DNA from: Lepidodermella squamata
Lineage: Eukaryota; Animalia; Gastrotricha
NCBI GenBank assembly: GCA_047495785.1
Contig: JBLDXI010000003.1
Coordinates: forward strand, 372,001 to 436,000
Length of the DNA: 64,000 nucleotides
Reading direction: 5' to 3'
In this document: one piece after another, positions 10,450 to 23,393 of the stretch
Position numbering within the stretch: the first letter of the stretch is position 1
Layout: every line of letters starts with the position of its first letter
Made by a program: the position numbers and the translations under genes
Notes under the pieces: model-generated
The model's input: the letters and a program-made list of their open reading frames with translations, nothing else
Told to the model about the DNA's origin: nothing
Database searches by the model: none

Positions 10450-12307
10450 ATATTTCCAGGACACAAATATACAATGGTTTAGTAAGATGCGACTTGGTGA
10501 TTCCTGGTGATGCGTGGTGATTCGAGTTGGTTTGACAATAAATTTTATGTTTGCGGCTTTTGATAAATAAATTAGAAGTTGAGTATAAGTTGTAGATGCC
10601 ATTCTTCAAAAATCCGAATTTTAGATGTGAATCGCAATCAGCATTTTTGTCAACAATTTGTTCCCTCGAATCCTATAACGAAAGTTCAAGTAAAGTTTAC
10701 TAGATCTAATGACTGGTGAAACAATCATGACACCCCATGCAACTCATGAGGTCTGAAAGGCCTTTGAAAAAATGAAGCCTCATTTCATATCGCATTTTGA
10801 AAAATAGCACCTTACTTTTGAAATCTCATTTCTGAGGCGTTTGATAGGCATATTTGATAAAAAATGGCGAAACTTAGCTGAGCGAGAGAAGTTCAACAAC
10901 GAAAACTGCCAAAGTAGCTGTCGATTTCCTAGCATTCATGATTTGAAGAAAACTAACATTTTAAAATTTCAATAAATTTCGTAAAAATGGCTGAAAACAA
11001 GCAATCGATTTTGATGAAAAGCTGCTGACCTGACTTCAGTTCAACAATTATCAATTTATTCTAATTTTTACTCAATTTTAACACTTTAAAACTTGCTTTG
11101 AAACAATAAAGTCGCATGCTCGCAATTTTAACACGTCCCGTTTACAACCCCCTTTTTCGAAGCTTTGAAATTACAATTTGGAGACTGAGGCATTTTGAAG
11201 GCTGAGAATCCGGGCGAAGAGATGATAGTGCAAAAAGTGTCGTTCCTTTCCAGCATTCGTCTACCTATTGTCTGGACTATATTGCTTGGTGCATTCGACC
11301 AAGGAAAAAAGCATTAATACTCCACTCATTCATTCTTGAAATTGGCACCGTAAAATAGGCGCGCGTGGATGTTTTGTTAATTTATTTTATCATTCATTCA
11401 TCATTTACATTGATCAATTGATAATGATGATTAAGAACTATGAACTGAAAGCTGTGGATTTAAAATTATGCATTTGGGTAATTTGCCTATGCCTTTGCCT
11501 GGGCATTTTTTTCTTCATTGTCATCTGCGATTTCCGCTTCTTCACGAGGGATCAGTCATCACAACCCTTCTTAGGTAACCGAGGTGAATCATTGCCCCCA
11601 CCAATACTGCTTCATCTCAATCACCTGGCCAACTCACCGTTCCAGTCCAAGTACAGCCAATTTTACGCGTCATCGATTTTGCACTTTGGAGATGTCACGC
11701 GGCTACAGCACGCTCTGCATCGAATTTTCAACAGAACGGCGGTGAATCTCAGCTCGTTGCGCATGGTTATTGTTGGCGAGTCGTCATCTGTACCACGTAG
11801 TCTCAAACTGGTTTGTGCTCAGTAATTTCAAACCAAACGCATCATTTAGTAGTGAGCATTTTTCACAGGAAGAGTCGGCGTTTCACTTGCTGTGCAATTG
11901 GCTGAATTCAACATTGCTTGAAATCGGTTTTCATGCAACTTGTGAAAATTACGCACTGGGAGCTACGCCAAGGTTTGATTTTCTAAGTTTAAAGTCTCTC
12001 ATGTAAATTCTCAATGTCAATACAGCATGTTTTTCGCCTACTGTCATTCGGCGCTATTCGACGCACGCGAAGTCGACGTGGTGCTGATTCAAGAGACATG
12101 GAACATTGACATCTCACCAAATGATGCTCGGGCGAGAGCAGCTCCCAGCCCAATCGGCCTTCTTATTGATTCGCTGCGCCGAATGAATCCTGCTATTCAA
12201 ATAATTATGTTCGACTTCCCAGATACAAGACCGTTAAGTCGACCATCAGCGCTCCCTCTTGATGGTAATTACGCCGTGAACGTTAAAGCTGCTAAGGAGT
12301 TTGATGT

Positions 12308-15300
12308 CGTCGTCGGCGCGCCAAAATCCCACTCGCGTTCGCGCGCATAATAATATATATACATAATCATAATATATACATAATATATAATATATGAGCA
12401 AGTACATGCAAGTACGCACGCTCAACGCCACCGTTTCGTCTTTGCGGGGCAGTTTTCGAACTCATATAGCTCAAAAATGAAGACGGTTACAGACAAACTT
12501 TTTCGGAGAAAAATGTACTTCTGGCTTTGCTCTACCTGACGATCGAAAAAAGTTATGGACGATCCGTGTTAGATTTTTGCACAAAAGACCCTGAAAGTAG
12601 GCACATGAAAGCTTGTTTCTCGTCACCGCTTCCACGATTGAACTCTGAGCTGAATGGAATACTTAACTTCACTTCTAGGAAAGATCATTTACGGCCGATA
12701 GTGACATTTCAGACCGTTAAATAACACGTCGTCAGAATCGCTAACAATTAATGCCCAGTAGGCAGCCTGCTACGACGGAAGGCAAGCTTGAAATGCTGTT
12801 CGAACACCTAAGTGGCATCATTTTCAAACTCTCCCATCTCTGAAACGGACACGGTAGCCCTATCATTGTTTCGTATCGCCTGATAGAGAAAAACAAAATT
12901 TACATGATTCTCAAATAAAATGCCCGCGCTACCGTCATTGTTTTCTAGCAATGGCGGTCCGAAAGGCATCGTCGTGTTGATGAGCTATGTGTTATCAGTG
13001 TTGCTTGCTCGGTTTGTACACAGGATAATAGCGGATCTCGCACTACGCAAGGCTTCTCTGTCTGAAGGTGCTTTCGATCTTTGTAGACGCCGGTCTCAAA
13101 ATAATATGGAGCGAGTTAAGCGAAACGTTAATTTGGTCCAGCACCATCTGCACAGTGCTGGATGGTCCTGGATTGATACAAACCCATGACATCACTGGTT
13201 GGAAAAATAAAATTGAATTGTCCTTGCAGTTCTGGAAGACAGCATTTGATCCCGTGTAGCCATTACACAACCATTAATTGATGGTCACCAGGCCGAGCAG
13301 CGTTGATTCGCCAGACAAGCAACCTTCACCTAGCTTGTTCTTCCTATCCATCTAGCAGTTGGCATTCGATGATGATATTGGCCTCATATCACTGGGGACG
13401 AAAAGCATGAACTTAGCCATATTTGTTATCGTAGCCTAAGTTCGTTGGCGTCGCGGCATTTTGCGGTAAGTATTATTTTCACCGCAGATCGCGATGCTTA
13501 GCAGTTGAAAAAGTTTAGCGGTAACGTAGCTATTTCGGTTCTACTTGATTCCTCTGTGTTTTCATACACTGGTTATCAAAATCAAACGTCGATGAGCACA
13601 ATAACAACGATAGTAGAACACTCGAACAGTGGCAAGATGAAGTTACCATAAGAGTAAAAATACGATAAAATTCAGTTCATGTCGCCAAAGAACTCCCACT
13701 TCGGAAAAGGTCCGACAGTATACACCAAGTACCGTTTTATTAAGAATCTTGGCCAGTGCGCGAAGTAGGATCCTCGAACTAGGGGGTGTTTCCAGGCCCA
13801 AATTTTATACTAAAGGGTCTCCTTGCGGAATGTTTGGGAAATTCCATGTTAGCCTTGAGAACTTACCTTGGTACGATACCCTGTGAGCGAACTTACCGTC
13901 AAAGTTACGTCCGAACAGCTACTTATGCCGCGACGGCTACGGCTTCCCATTGCCTTGTAATCTGTCCCGCAGATTTTTAACGCAGAATAAGAGCTAAATT
14001 GAGGTCATAAATGAAATCGAGATCATAGATTTGCTCAAAAAATACCTATTCCCGGCTGTTTGTGACCAGTTACATCCTGCATCACGATATCAAACGCAAG
14101 GCAGTACAGAATTGTTTAAAGTTGCAGGCTTCTCTGGCTTATCAAAACCATCCCCACCCTCCTCCCTCCCCCATCAGCATTCGATTCAAAGCCACTGTGG
14201 AGCGTGCAAAGATTAGGGACAGGGGCAGCGGGCAGTGTATGAAGTATGGGCCCGGTGAGACTACCTCCATAGTTTCAGATTCGAGAGGCCCTGGAAAGAC
14301 AGCCCGGAAATAAAATACCCTGATAGTATGAGGATCCTACTTCGAACACTGAAGAGGAATTTCTTCTTGCTCTACCAAATGATTTACCCAAGGTTTCGCG
14401 GTGAGAGTTGGTGAAAGGCTGACGTGATTGAGGCGTTCTAAGGCAATTTCACATAGGACACGAATCGACGATACTCCAGATGACTAAAAGTTACTAATGC
14501 TCTCAACTTAATCGCGGATGTGTGTTGTCGTAAGTGTTGAGCTTGACCTGAATCCGCGCTCAAAATGTCCCATCGCAAGCCGTGTTCCGTGTTAAGCCGT
14601 GGTCCCCTTGTGTTGGCTTGACTTGACGAGAGAGTTGGCTTCGCTTCAGGGTACCTCAGCTTGTTCACGTGGCTTTCTGCGAGGAGCAAAGAGCTCACAA
14701 TTAGTGCACGTCTTATCCCTGCGAGAGAATGAAGTGGGATCCTCTAACCAGGGGGTATTTTTCAAGGTATTTTCAGGCCAGAATTCTGTGTCAAAAGCGC
14801 CCCCTGTAGTCTTTTTGGAGTCGCCACCTTGGCTTTGTAAAATGGGGCAACCCCATCCCCCGGTACGTCGCGCACTGCCTGCGATGTCCTCTGAACCTCT
14901 AAACTATGCTCTTGACTGGAGAGCCTTTCATCAGAGTTTCTTGACCAAGAAGTGTTCGATCAGCATTAGCGTCTTATTCGTAGTAAAGTTCCTCTCGGAC
15001 GATCTTTTTTGGTCGCTGGACGGCAAAGTGGACTTGTGGACCGCAACTTTTGGAGAATTTCCTAGCAGGGTTACAAGATTCGTTTCTTTCGGTGCTTTCG
15101 TTTCGGGTGTCTATCGAGTGCCTCCCCGCCGGTTCATGCTGTCAACAGATGGGACTTGACGGTAAGTCGCTTTGACATAATGGCCTTGACATGGCAAATG
15201 TCGAAGATAGCCCCGCTGTTCTCTTTTGAGCGGAGTACCGTTGGATATCACTAAAAAGGCAACGGTTTATGTCCATACTAGACGTTTATCGGTTTATCGG

Positions 15301-17031
15301 CAAAGATAATGGGAAAATTCGATGCTAAATGTTCAATTAAATTTCTATGACTCCACAGTTGAACAAATTGGATCAAAATGAATAAACTCATAGTCACAAG
15401 TTGCTTCTATACCGGCACTACGACGATAGTTACACGGGGTATCAGCGGGACATTAGACATTGGCATGGCAAAGTGATCCCACTTGACGGTGGCTAAAGCA
15501 GTGATTCTCCGATTACGAATACATCCAATTATTCTTCCTTTGTTGTTAATGTGGTAATGCGATGGTAATCATGCCAGGCCGAACCAGGAACCTGTCGATG
15601 TTTCCTGTCCAGCTCACGTGCAAATCATTTGACATCAGCAGCTCGCCACTTGGGTGATCCATAATCCTACAATTTTGAGCATTTCATAAGATTCTGCTTT
15701 TCCCATACCCACACTGACCCAGCGCATACCGAGGGCCATCAGCTTTTCCCCGCGTCGCCTGCTCGAGAAAATTGCCCACAGAGAGCGAAGTACCGTTAGA
15801 GATGGTAGGGATCATCCCTACCACTTCAAGAGGCCCGCAAGGTGAACCCAGTCAAAGACCGAATGGGCACCCTTATCTCGATCCTAAACAGTTCTGCAGT
15901 CCTACTACGCCTACACGTTTTTCATCTTTAAACGTTGATACCTTTTCCCTTTCAAGTAATCCCGCCGTCATCGATCGACCTAGATCCTAGTAGTTAGGGG
16001 CAAACGATTCGATTAGTGCTCATGAATTTTGAGTGCATGAGAGGCCCAAACGAGGGGTTTCAAGGTGTTGCTTTTTCGCTTTTTACGGTGGCCAAGGTTA
16101 ATCCTGGTAAAGCCTTGGTGAAGCCAAATGGTTGGTTCTGCTTGACTCTAAGGCGAGATGTGGAACTTACCTAGGGATGTTTTATTTTTCTTAGCCCATA
16201 GCTATTTAGCTGCAGCCCAGGCTAGAAGGTACTACGTCAATAACTAGCCATCCGGCCAGTCGCTATGATTCTGTACAGCAACCAATATTATAGAACATTG
16301 TTTGTGAAAGCCATATGGCTTTTATGATGCGGTCAATACTGATATAACACGTAGCTCATCAACACGACGATGCCTTTCGGACCGCCATTGCTAGAAAACA
16401 ATGACGGTAGCGCGGGCATTTTATTTGAGAATCATGTAAATTTTGTTTTTCTCTATCAGGCGATACGAAACAATGATAGGGCTACCGTGTCCGTTTCAGA
16501 GATGGGAGAGTTTGAAAATGATGCCACTTAGGTGTTCGAACAGCATTTCAAGCTTGCCTTCCGTCGTAGCAGGCTGCCTACTGGGCATTAATTGTTAGCG
16601 ATTCTGACGACGTGTTATTTAACGGTCTGAAATGTCACTATCGGCCGTAAATGATCTTTCCTAGAAGTGAAGTTAAGTATTCCATTCAGCTCAGAGTTCA
16701 ATCGTGGAAGCGGTGACGAGAAACAAGCTTTCATGTGCCTACTTTCAGGGTCTTTTGTGCAAAAATCTAACACGGATCGTCCATAACTTTTTTCGATCGT
16801 CAGGTAGAGCAAAGCCAGAAGTACATTTTTCTCCGAAAAAGTTTGTCTGTAACCGTCTTCATTTTTGAGCTATATGAGTTCGAAAACTGCCCCGCAAAGA
16901 CGAAACGGTGGCGTTGAGCGTGCGTACTTGCATGTACTTGCTCATATATTATATATTATGTATATATTATGATTATGTATATATATTATTATGCGCGCGA
17001 ACGCGAGTGGGATTTTGGCGCGCCGACGACG
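12308..17031. mobile_element. 4724-bp non-autonomous DNA element with ~680-bp terminal inverted repeats
   Basis: 12308-12987 is the reverse complement of 16352-17031 (mirrored ORFs are identical). Target duplication is ATGT (or TG if the termini are read 1 nt wider). No transposase ORF inside. Confidence 0.9.
13754..14351. mobile_element. hAT-type MITE nested in the long-TIR element; another family fragment at ~14735-14877
   Basis: CAGTGCGCGAAGTAGGATCCTC...GAGGATCCTACTTCGAACACTG; no clear TSD. Confidence 0.65.
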
Positions 17032-18029
17032 ATGTTCCTTTGATCGGAACAATTGGAATTACGACTAATTATCCAAAGTGGACTGAAAATGTAACAGTGC
17101 CCAGGGAAATATTTTCAGGTCTGTTTCAATGGTTCGATATCCTTTTTATGATTAAATATCAGATTCAAGCTTGTCACGCCAAGTTGAAAGTTTATTCGAT
17201 TTCTTTCAGGTTACTACGTTGCCAACGACACGCTCCATCCAGGAATTCACACGCATGCTATGCTCGCAGAATATCTGGTCTATTTTTTCAAGCAAACAGT
17301 TCGAAGCATGATAGCATCAGCGAAGATCCCAACAGCTAAACCTTGGGCATTCAAGACAAGCGTATCAGCCGAGTGCTTTTTGGACTACGATTACCAAGGA
17401 CGGAGCAGCAATCGGTCAGGTTTCGTCGCCCCGCTCACTGCAAAGAGGCAAGCTGTTGAAGAGAACTGGCTCTCGTTCTTTATCTTCGGGCCTGGGGATT
17501 CGTTGAGATTCAACTTGACAGCTTCTACTAAAATTATCAAGAATTGCTGTCCAACCATGAACTCGGGATGTTGCTACCTGCCACGATTTGGAATAAGGCA
17601 TCGAATGGTGACTAATGCGAAGATAGTCCGAACAACTTATGTAGTGAGCGCGACTGCATATTTCACGAATGGCGCCCGGTTTACGATGAATCAAACGATT
17701 TTATCCAAAAATAAAATTCATACAGTCCCGACGTCTGATGAAGACGCTCACATGCAAGTGCCCTGCTCTGAGGTTGAAGGCTTGACTATTAACAATGCTG
17801 ATGTTGTGTTGGAGTCTGCGAAAGCTAATCGCTACAGAACACGTGTCAACGGATTGATTTTGATTTACAAATGCTGAAACAATCGTGATTTGCATAGTGA
17901 TTTTTTGGTTTGACAATACTGTTTAGCTTCGTGGCTTTTGAATGGATAACTCAATGACATTTCTTTCTAATAGCAGGAAGCATATATTTTTTATATTTTA
18001 AATCTTATTATTCGGCTATCGACAGTCAA

Positions 18030-18290
18030 AGCCCTGCCTGGTGTTATGATAATGGCTGTCGTTGCCGGCCGCGGCTTCGGCAGCCCGATGGCTAAATTCA
18101 AGCCGCACAGATCGCTTGATTTTCGCAGTCATAATTGTTACATTAACATTCGTTGTTGCGCTGGCGGCAATTTTAAATATGCCAAATTCAAATTCAAATT
18201 CTACGGGTAGAACGCGACTTTCTGATTCAGAGAACACCGTTCTTAACTTCGAAAATCTGTTGGTCTGCCTACCGCATGTTTCATCTTATT
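18030..18290 (+). pseudogene. Decayed 5' fragment of the class A GPCR at 20814
   Basis: SSRTDRLIFAVIIVTLTFVVALAAILN and LNFENLLVCLP match SSYTDRLIYASIIGSLTFLVAATAVFN and LSFSNLLFCLP; the fragment is truncated and frameshifted. Confidence 0.75.
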
Positions 18291-18452
18291 GCTCGCCTTA
18301 GAGAATTATTTACCGTTGATGGAACATTTTTTTGACTTCTCCATTCTTCTCCACTCATTCATTATTTAGTTTTGCGTAAAGTAGCCGCACGTGTATTGAT
18401 TTTTAGGAATGATTAACCTTATCATTCATTCATCATTTTTATATTGAAAAAA

Positions 18453-20225
18453 ATGACTGAGGATTCTGATTCCAAAGTTTTGAATGCGAAATTCTGCCTT
18501 TGGGAAATTTTTTTATGCTTTTTTCTTGGCATTGCTTTGTTCATTGCAATCTATGATTCCCGCTGCTCGACGAGGGAATCTTCTTCAGAACCTTTATTAG
18601 GTCACCGGGGCGAAACATTGCCTTCTGACATTCTGCTTTATCTAAATCACGTTGCCAACTCACCGTTTCAGTCAAAGTACAGCCAATTCCACGCGTCATC
18701 AATGTTGCACTTTGGAGATGTCACGCGGCTCCAGAACGCCTTGTATCGAGTTTTTAACCGATCGGCGCCTGATTTTTTGCGCCTGGCAATTATTGGCGAG
18801 TCCTCATCTGTACCTCACGGTGTCGAAAGGGTTAGTTTCTTCGTTATCACTTTACTGTTTTACGAGCTTTTTTCTCAGCATGAGGCAGCTTTTTACTTGC
18901 TGTGCCAATGGCTCAATTCAACTTTGCTTGAAATTGGGTTTAATGTATCATGTAAAAATTACGCTATAGGAGCTACACCCAAGTAAGACAGTCTGATAAT
19001 ATTCCTTAGGTTGCCTACAATCTTGAATTTGTGTAGCAAGGTTTTCGCCTACTGTCATGCTGCGTTATTTGATGCTCGTGAATTCGACGTTGTGCTGATT
19101 CAAGAGACGTGGAACACTGACATCCCGTTAACGCAATCGAACAAAACCCCCATTCCAGTTGGCATGTTGATCGATTCCCTTCGCCGAGCAAATCCCACTG
19201 TTCAAATCATCATGTTCGACTTCCCAGAAACTCGGGCAATAAGCTTCGGCCGAAAGACGCCTCCTGATAGCAACTACGACGTAAACAAGCAAGCTGCTGA
19301 GTTGTATGATGTACCATTGATCGGGACCGCTGGAATTACGGTCAATGATCCTAATTGGAATGCAAATCTTACAGTGCCGAGGAAACTATTCTCAGGTATG
19401 TTTTCATCGCAAAAATTAAAAAATCTAGAATGCAGAAAAGGTCGTGCTCTAATTCCTTCTAAACATTTAGTGAAATAATCTCCTCCGTAAATTTCCGCCA
19501 ATGCAAAATGGCTCAATTTTTCCTACAGTGAACATATTCTCTAACCTCTGACAGGTTACTACGTCGCACACGACAACCTTCATCCTGGAATTCACACGCA
19601 TGCTATGCTAGCTGAATATTTGGTCCACTTTTTCAAGCTAACAGTGCGAAACCTAATAGAATCAAGAAAGATTCCAATACTTGTCCCTTTGAACTTCAAG
19701 ACTAGCGTATCAGCCGAGTGCTTTTTCGACTACAAAGAGCACGAAGGTCGAAGTAGCAATCGGTCAGGTTTCGTCGCCCCGCTACGTGCGAAAAGGGGAT
19801 CCGAGTGTCGCGATTGGCTGCCTCATTTCCGACTCGCGCCGAGGGAATTCCTGAAATTCAGCTTGACAAACCTCGCTGCAAAAATTCAGAACTGCTGTCC
19901 AAACGCGACGTTGAGTTGTTGTTACCTGCCTCGATTTGGAATGATTCATCGAACGTACTCGAAAATGAAGGTAGTCAAATCGACTTATGTCGTAAAGTCG
20001 ACGATCTCACTCGCAGATGGAGCGAGTTATTCGGTGAATCAAACAATTTTATCCAGGGGTAGACTGCGTATGGTTTCTATGGCTGATGAAGACGCTCACT
20101 TTCAGGTGCCCTGCTCAAAGGCTGAAGGCCTGACGATTACAAATGCTGCGATTGTTCTGGAGTCGTCAAAAGCTAATCACTACAAAACACTTGTAAACGG
20201 CATGATGGCTATATATAAATGCTGA
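18453..20225 (+). CDS. SGNH-family copy C (4 exons, apparently intact)
   Basis: Same motifs (AIIGESSS, NYAIGATP, DVVLIQETWN, HDNLHP) and same intron positions as copy A. Confidence 0.78.
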
Positions 20226-20813
20226 AAATGCCAGAAATAAACGATCATAAAGTATATAGTGTGATTCACGGTAGAATGACGTTATACAACTCTGGTTGTT
20301 AGCTTGCGAATTCGATGGTCAAGTGCCTCTTTTCAAGCAGGCGTGAAATTTAGATGGTCAAGAACCTCTTTTTAAGCAGGCGTAAAATTAGAAATAAATA
20401 AAAGAGAATAAAAGAGAAAACTGAACCTAAACCAATTGCTGGAACCGCAATTCCAGTTGATAAATTCATAACCTTGAGTTCCCTTATATATCTTGATATA
20501 TTCCCTTTGAAATCATTGAAATGCATTGATTGCAGCCGATTTAAGGTTAGATACAAGTATATTATATACAGGCGTCTAAAACTTTTATGATGCATTTCCT
20601 AAACAACCAGACACTGTTACTGAAAGGGAACACAACGGCGGTAATTTGATATGATACGCTCATTCAGTGACATTTCCCCAGCCGAGCATTGACTCTAGGT
20701 TCAAGCTTTTAAAAAAGAATTGCCGCTCAACTTCCGGCACCTAAGTAATGGTTTGTAAATACATATCTCCAACTGTCCAGGGAGATAATAAGTACTGATC
20801 GCGGATCTTTGAA

Positions 20814-22069
20814 ATGGTGAATAAAACCCTACCTGGCGTGTGGATAATGGCCCTGGTTCCAGGCCGCGGATGCGACAGCCCGAGACCCTACTTCATCGGT
20901 AATTTACACGACCTAGATTCGAGCTACACAGATCGCTTGATCTATGCAAGCATAATCGGTTCGCTCACCTTTCTTGTCGCAGCGACAGCAGTTTTCAACG
21001 TAGTTGTCTATCACAAGCGACAGGTGAAGCGCGATTTTCTGATATTAACGGCGATTCTGAGCTTCAGCAATCTGCTTTTCTGCCTGCCATTTTTCGGCGG
21101 ACTGCTCGTAACGTTAAGGACCGGGTTCTGGGAAGCCGACTACTACTCCTGCGCTGCTGTGTTCTGGATAACCTTCACATTTGGAATGCTGAGCCTTTTC
21201 GATATGCTTCTCATTAGCTACGAAAGGCGGTTATGCATAATGTCAAACAATCCGAAATCTCTGCCGAACACAAAAAGTGTAAATTTTGCTACAAAGTTTC
21301 ACGAATAATTAAAATTCAGATTTCAGATTCTTGGCTTGACAGCTGGCGTCATTTTCCTTAGTGCTATGATGTGGTTTACACTAACGGTTTATCCGTTTCA
21401 AAGTTTCAGCATGCAGTACATCAGCGTTCCTGAGATAGAAAACGGAACCGCTAAAGCTTACTGCTCTCAGTTCGACTATCGACTAGTAGGAGGGCTGGAT
21501 TCGTCCATTTTAATAACAGCTTACATTGGGGGCGGTCTCATATTCATCGATATCGGCCTAACCTACAATTATTGGTGAAATATTTACTTAATATTCAGTT
21601 GTCTATAATTTTCTTCCGATTTTATAGGGTCATTTTCTCGAAATTTCGGACTATGACCGAACCAAGTGGATTGTCTTCGAGCATCACGCAGATTATGAGT
21701 TCGAGAATTCGCAACGACTGGAGGAAACGCGAGATTTTCATCGTGAAGCAGTCTATCGTGTCTTTTGTTCTGTTTGTGATTTTTCACATCCCCTTGTCGT
21801 TTTCATTCTTTACGATGGTGATCTACGATGGCGCTGGCCCCTCACTGCAAACTGCTTGGACGCATAAAATTGCATGTTTTTGTGTGATGTTTCAGATGGC
21901 CATCACTCCGTTGATTCTCAGCTTGCGACCCGGGTTCGTCAATGACGCGAAAGCGATTGTGCTACAAATTCTTCGGATTGGAACGTCTGTTGGACCAGTG
22001 ATTATCGATCGAATTTCAGTACCGTCTACAAAAATAAGCCGGTCATCGAGCACCCGAACCTTGGAATGA
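20814..22069 (+). CDS. Rhodopsin-like (class A) orphan GPCR, 3 exons
   Basis: About seven hydrophobic segments across three adjacent ORFs, ECL1 Trp and TM3 Cys, ISYERR at the DRY position, FHIP in TM6 and TPLIL at the NPxxY position. Confidence 0.8.
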
Positions 22070-22489
22070 GCGGTATGTGTCGCCCAAGCAGCAAACTAGA
22101 AAAAGACAAGAAAGTTTAGTTTGCGAGTCAATAATCGAAATGCATAAAAGGATGTTCAGCTATACACTTACATCGTGTGATAAAATTGTCTAGTCGAAAT
22201 TTCCGGAAGTTGTATTCTCATAAAGTAACGTCTAGATCTATCGACCGGCGTAAAAAGCGGGTCCTGGAAATCAGAAGAAATTTCTGCACTATTTGTTTGT
22301 GGACAGAACTACTCCATATCAAATCCTACAATGCTTAATCATAATACAGTTCAACAACGGAAAAACTGGTGATTTCTTTCAAAATTGACTGAAATGGCAG
22401 TAAATTTTGAGTTACTAAATACTAAAATGTTGTTAACATTATTTAGGAAGTGACGCGTTTTAAATAGATGTTTAGATTTTAGATAGAGA

Positions 22490-22832
22490 GTTGGTGCGAA
22501 TTGCCTGAAAAAGGGCAAGGTGTAAGTCAGTTCGCTGACTTTCCGGCTGGAAACGACTGGATCTCAAACAAAACTGGATTATCGACTTCAGAATGGACAA
22601 CGGCCATCAAATTCTCGACGAACTGTGCCGACGTTGCAGCCGCTCATGGTGGAAACAAGCCCCTTAACACTATCCGGTGTCGCTTACGGTGATGCCGAAA
22701 AAGAAACCCTCGCTCATGTGTTAGGCGCTTGTAAGCACAATAGCTTCCTCATCAACAAACGGCACAACACTGTCCGCAGAATGATTGCTAACGCATTCAG
22801 AAGTCAAGGACACCGGGTGTATGAAGAAGGCC
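22490..22832 (+). mobile_element. Fragment of an RLE-type non-LTR retrotransposon (R2/NeSL/Utopia-like), zinc-knuckle region, frameshifted
   Basis: WCELPEKGQGV...GLSTSEWTTAIK...RCR, then after a frameshift ETLAHVLGAC...RHNTVRRMIA. Confidence 0.75.
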
Positions 22833-23393
22833 ACTTATTACATTATTACTTATTACTTATTACACTTATTACATTGCTTATTAGCGTCTTGAATTGATTG
22901 TTACCGAAATGGAATTTGTCGGAGACAAGATCGTAAGTCTTTCTCAATTGTTTAGAACCCTTTTTTACCGAAAAAATCATAAAAAATTGAATCGAATACC
23001 CAACGAACATCCTTGTTGTTCTCAACCGACCTGAAAACAATCCTGGTTGGCTTCCTGGTCGAGTGACTGATTGACCGCGATTGGTTCGCGAGGTGTGGAG
23101 ATCTCGCACGTTGTAATTGTAACAGCTTTATAACTTCTGTTTTCGGCGGATTTTATTTGCTACTAGGCCGCCCTCGCTAGTCCTCATAGTCTTCAGATAA
23201 GCTAAAAGTCCTCCATTTTTATTTCGAGCTCCTTCCAAGATAAATCTTTTACAATGATCTGAACATGGGTGAATTCATTGATGAGCCAACTCAGAAAACA
23301 AGTTTTCAAATAAATAGCAGTTGCTGAAAACTATGAAATCGAAGCTAAGCTGAAAAATGTCAGAATGGAGTGATTAATAGCCTGATGCTGTTC

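Larger units (their letters stand above)
11424..17877 (+). pseudogene. SGNH-family copy B, coding exon 3 interrupted by a 4.7-kb long-TIR element
   Basis: High similarity to copy A; the reading frame KEFDV|PLIG is split at 12307/17036. Confidence 0.85.

Noticed and set aside
12527-16812. Identical 65-aa ORF pair and other short ORFs inside the long-TIR element
   Set aside because: By-products of the inverted repeat; no coding signature.
12308-17031. Polinton/Maverick or virus-like element suggested by the long TIRs
   Set aside because: No 6-bp TSD, no AG-repeat termini, and no polymerase, integrase or capsid ORFs.
20350-20520. Aldo-keto-reductase-like N-terminal peptide (LSTGIAVPAIGLG) on the minus strand, next to a ~39-bp tandem duplication
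   Set aside because: Too short to call, and no downstream AKR exons are present; at most a relic.
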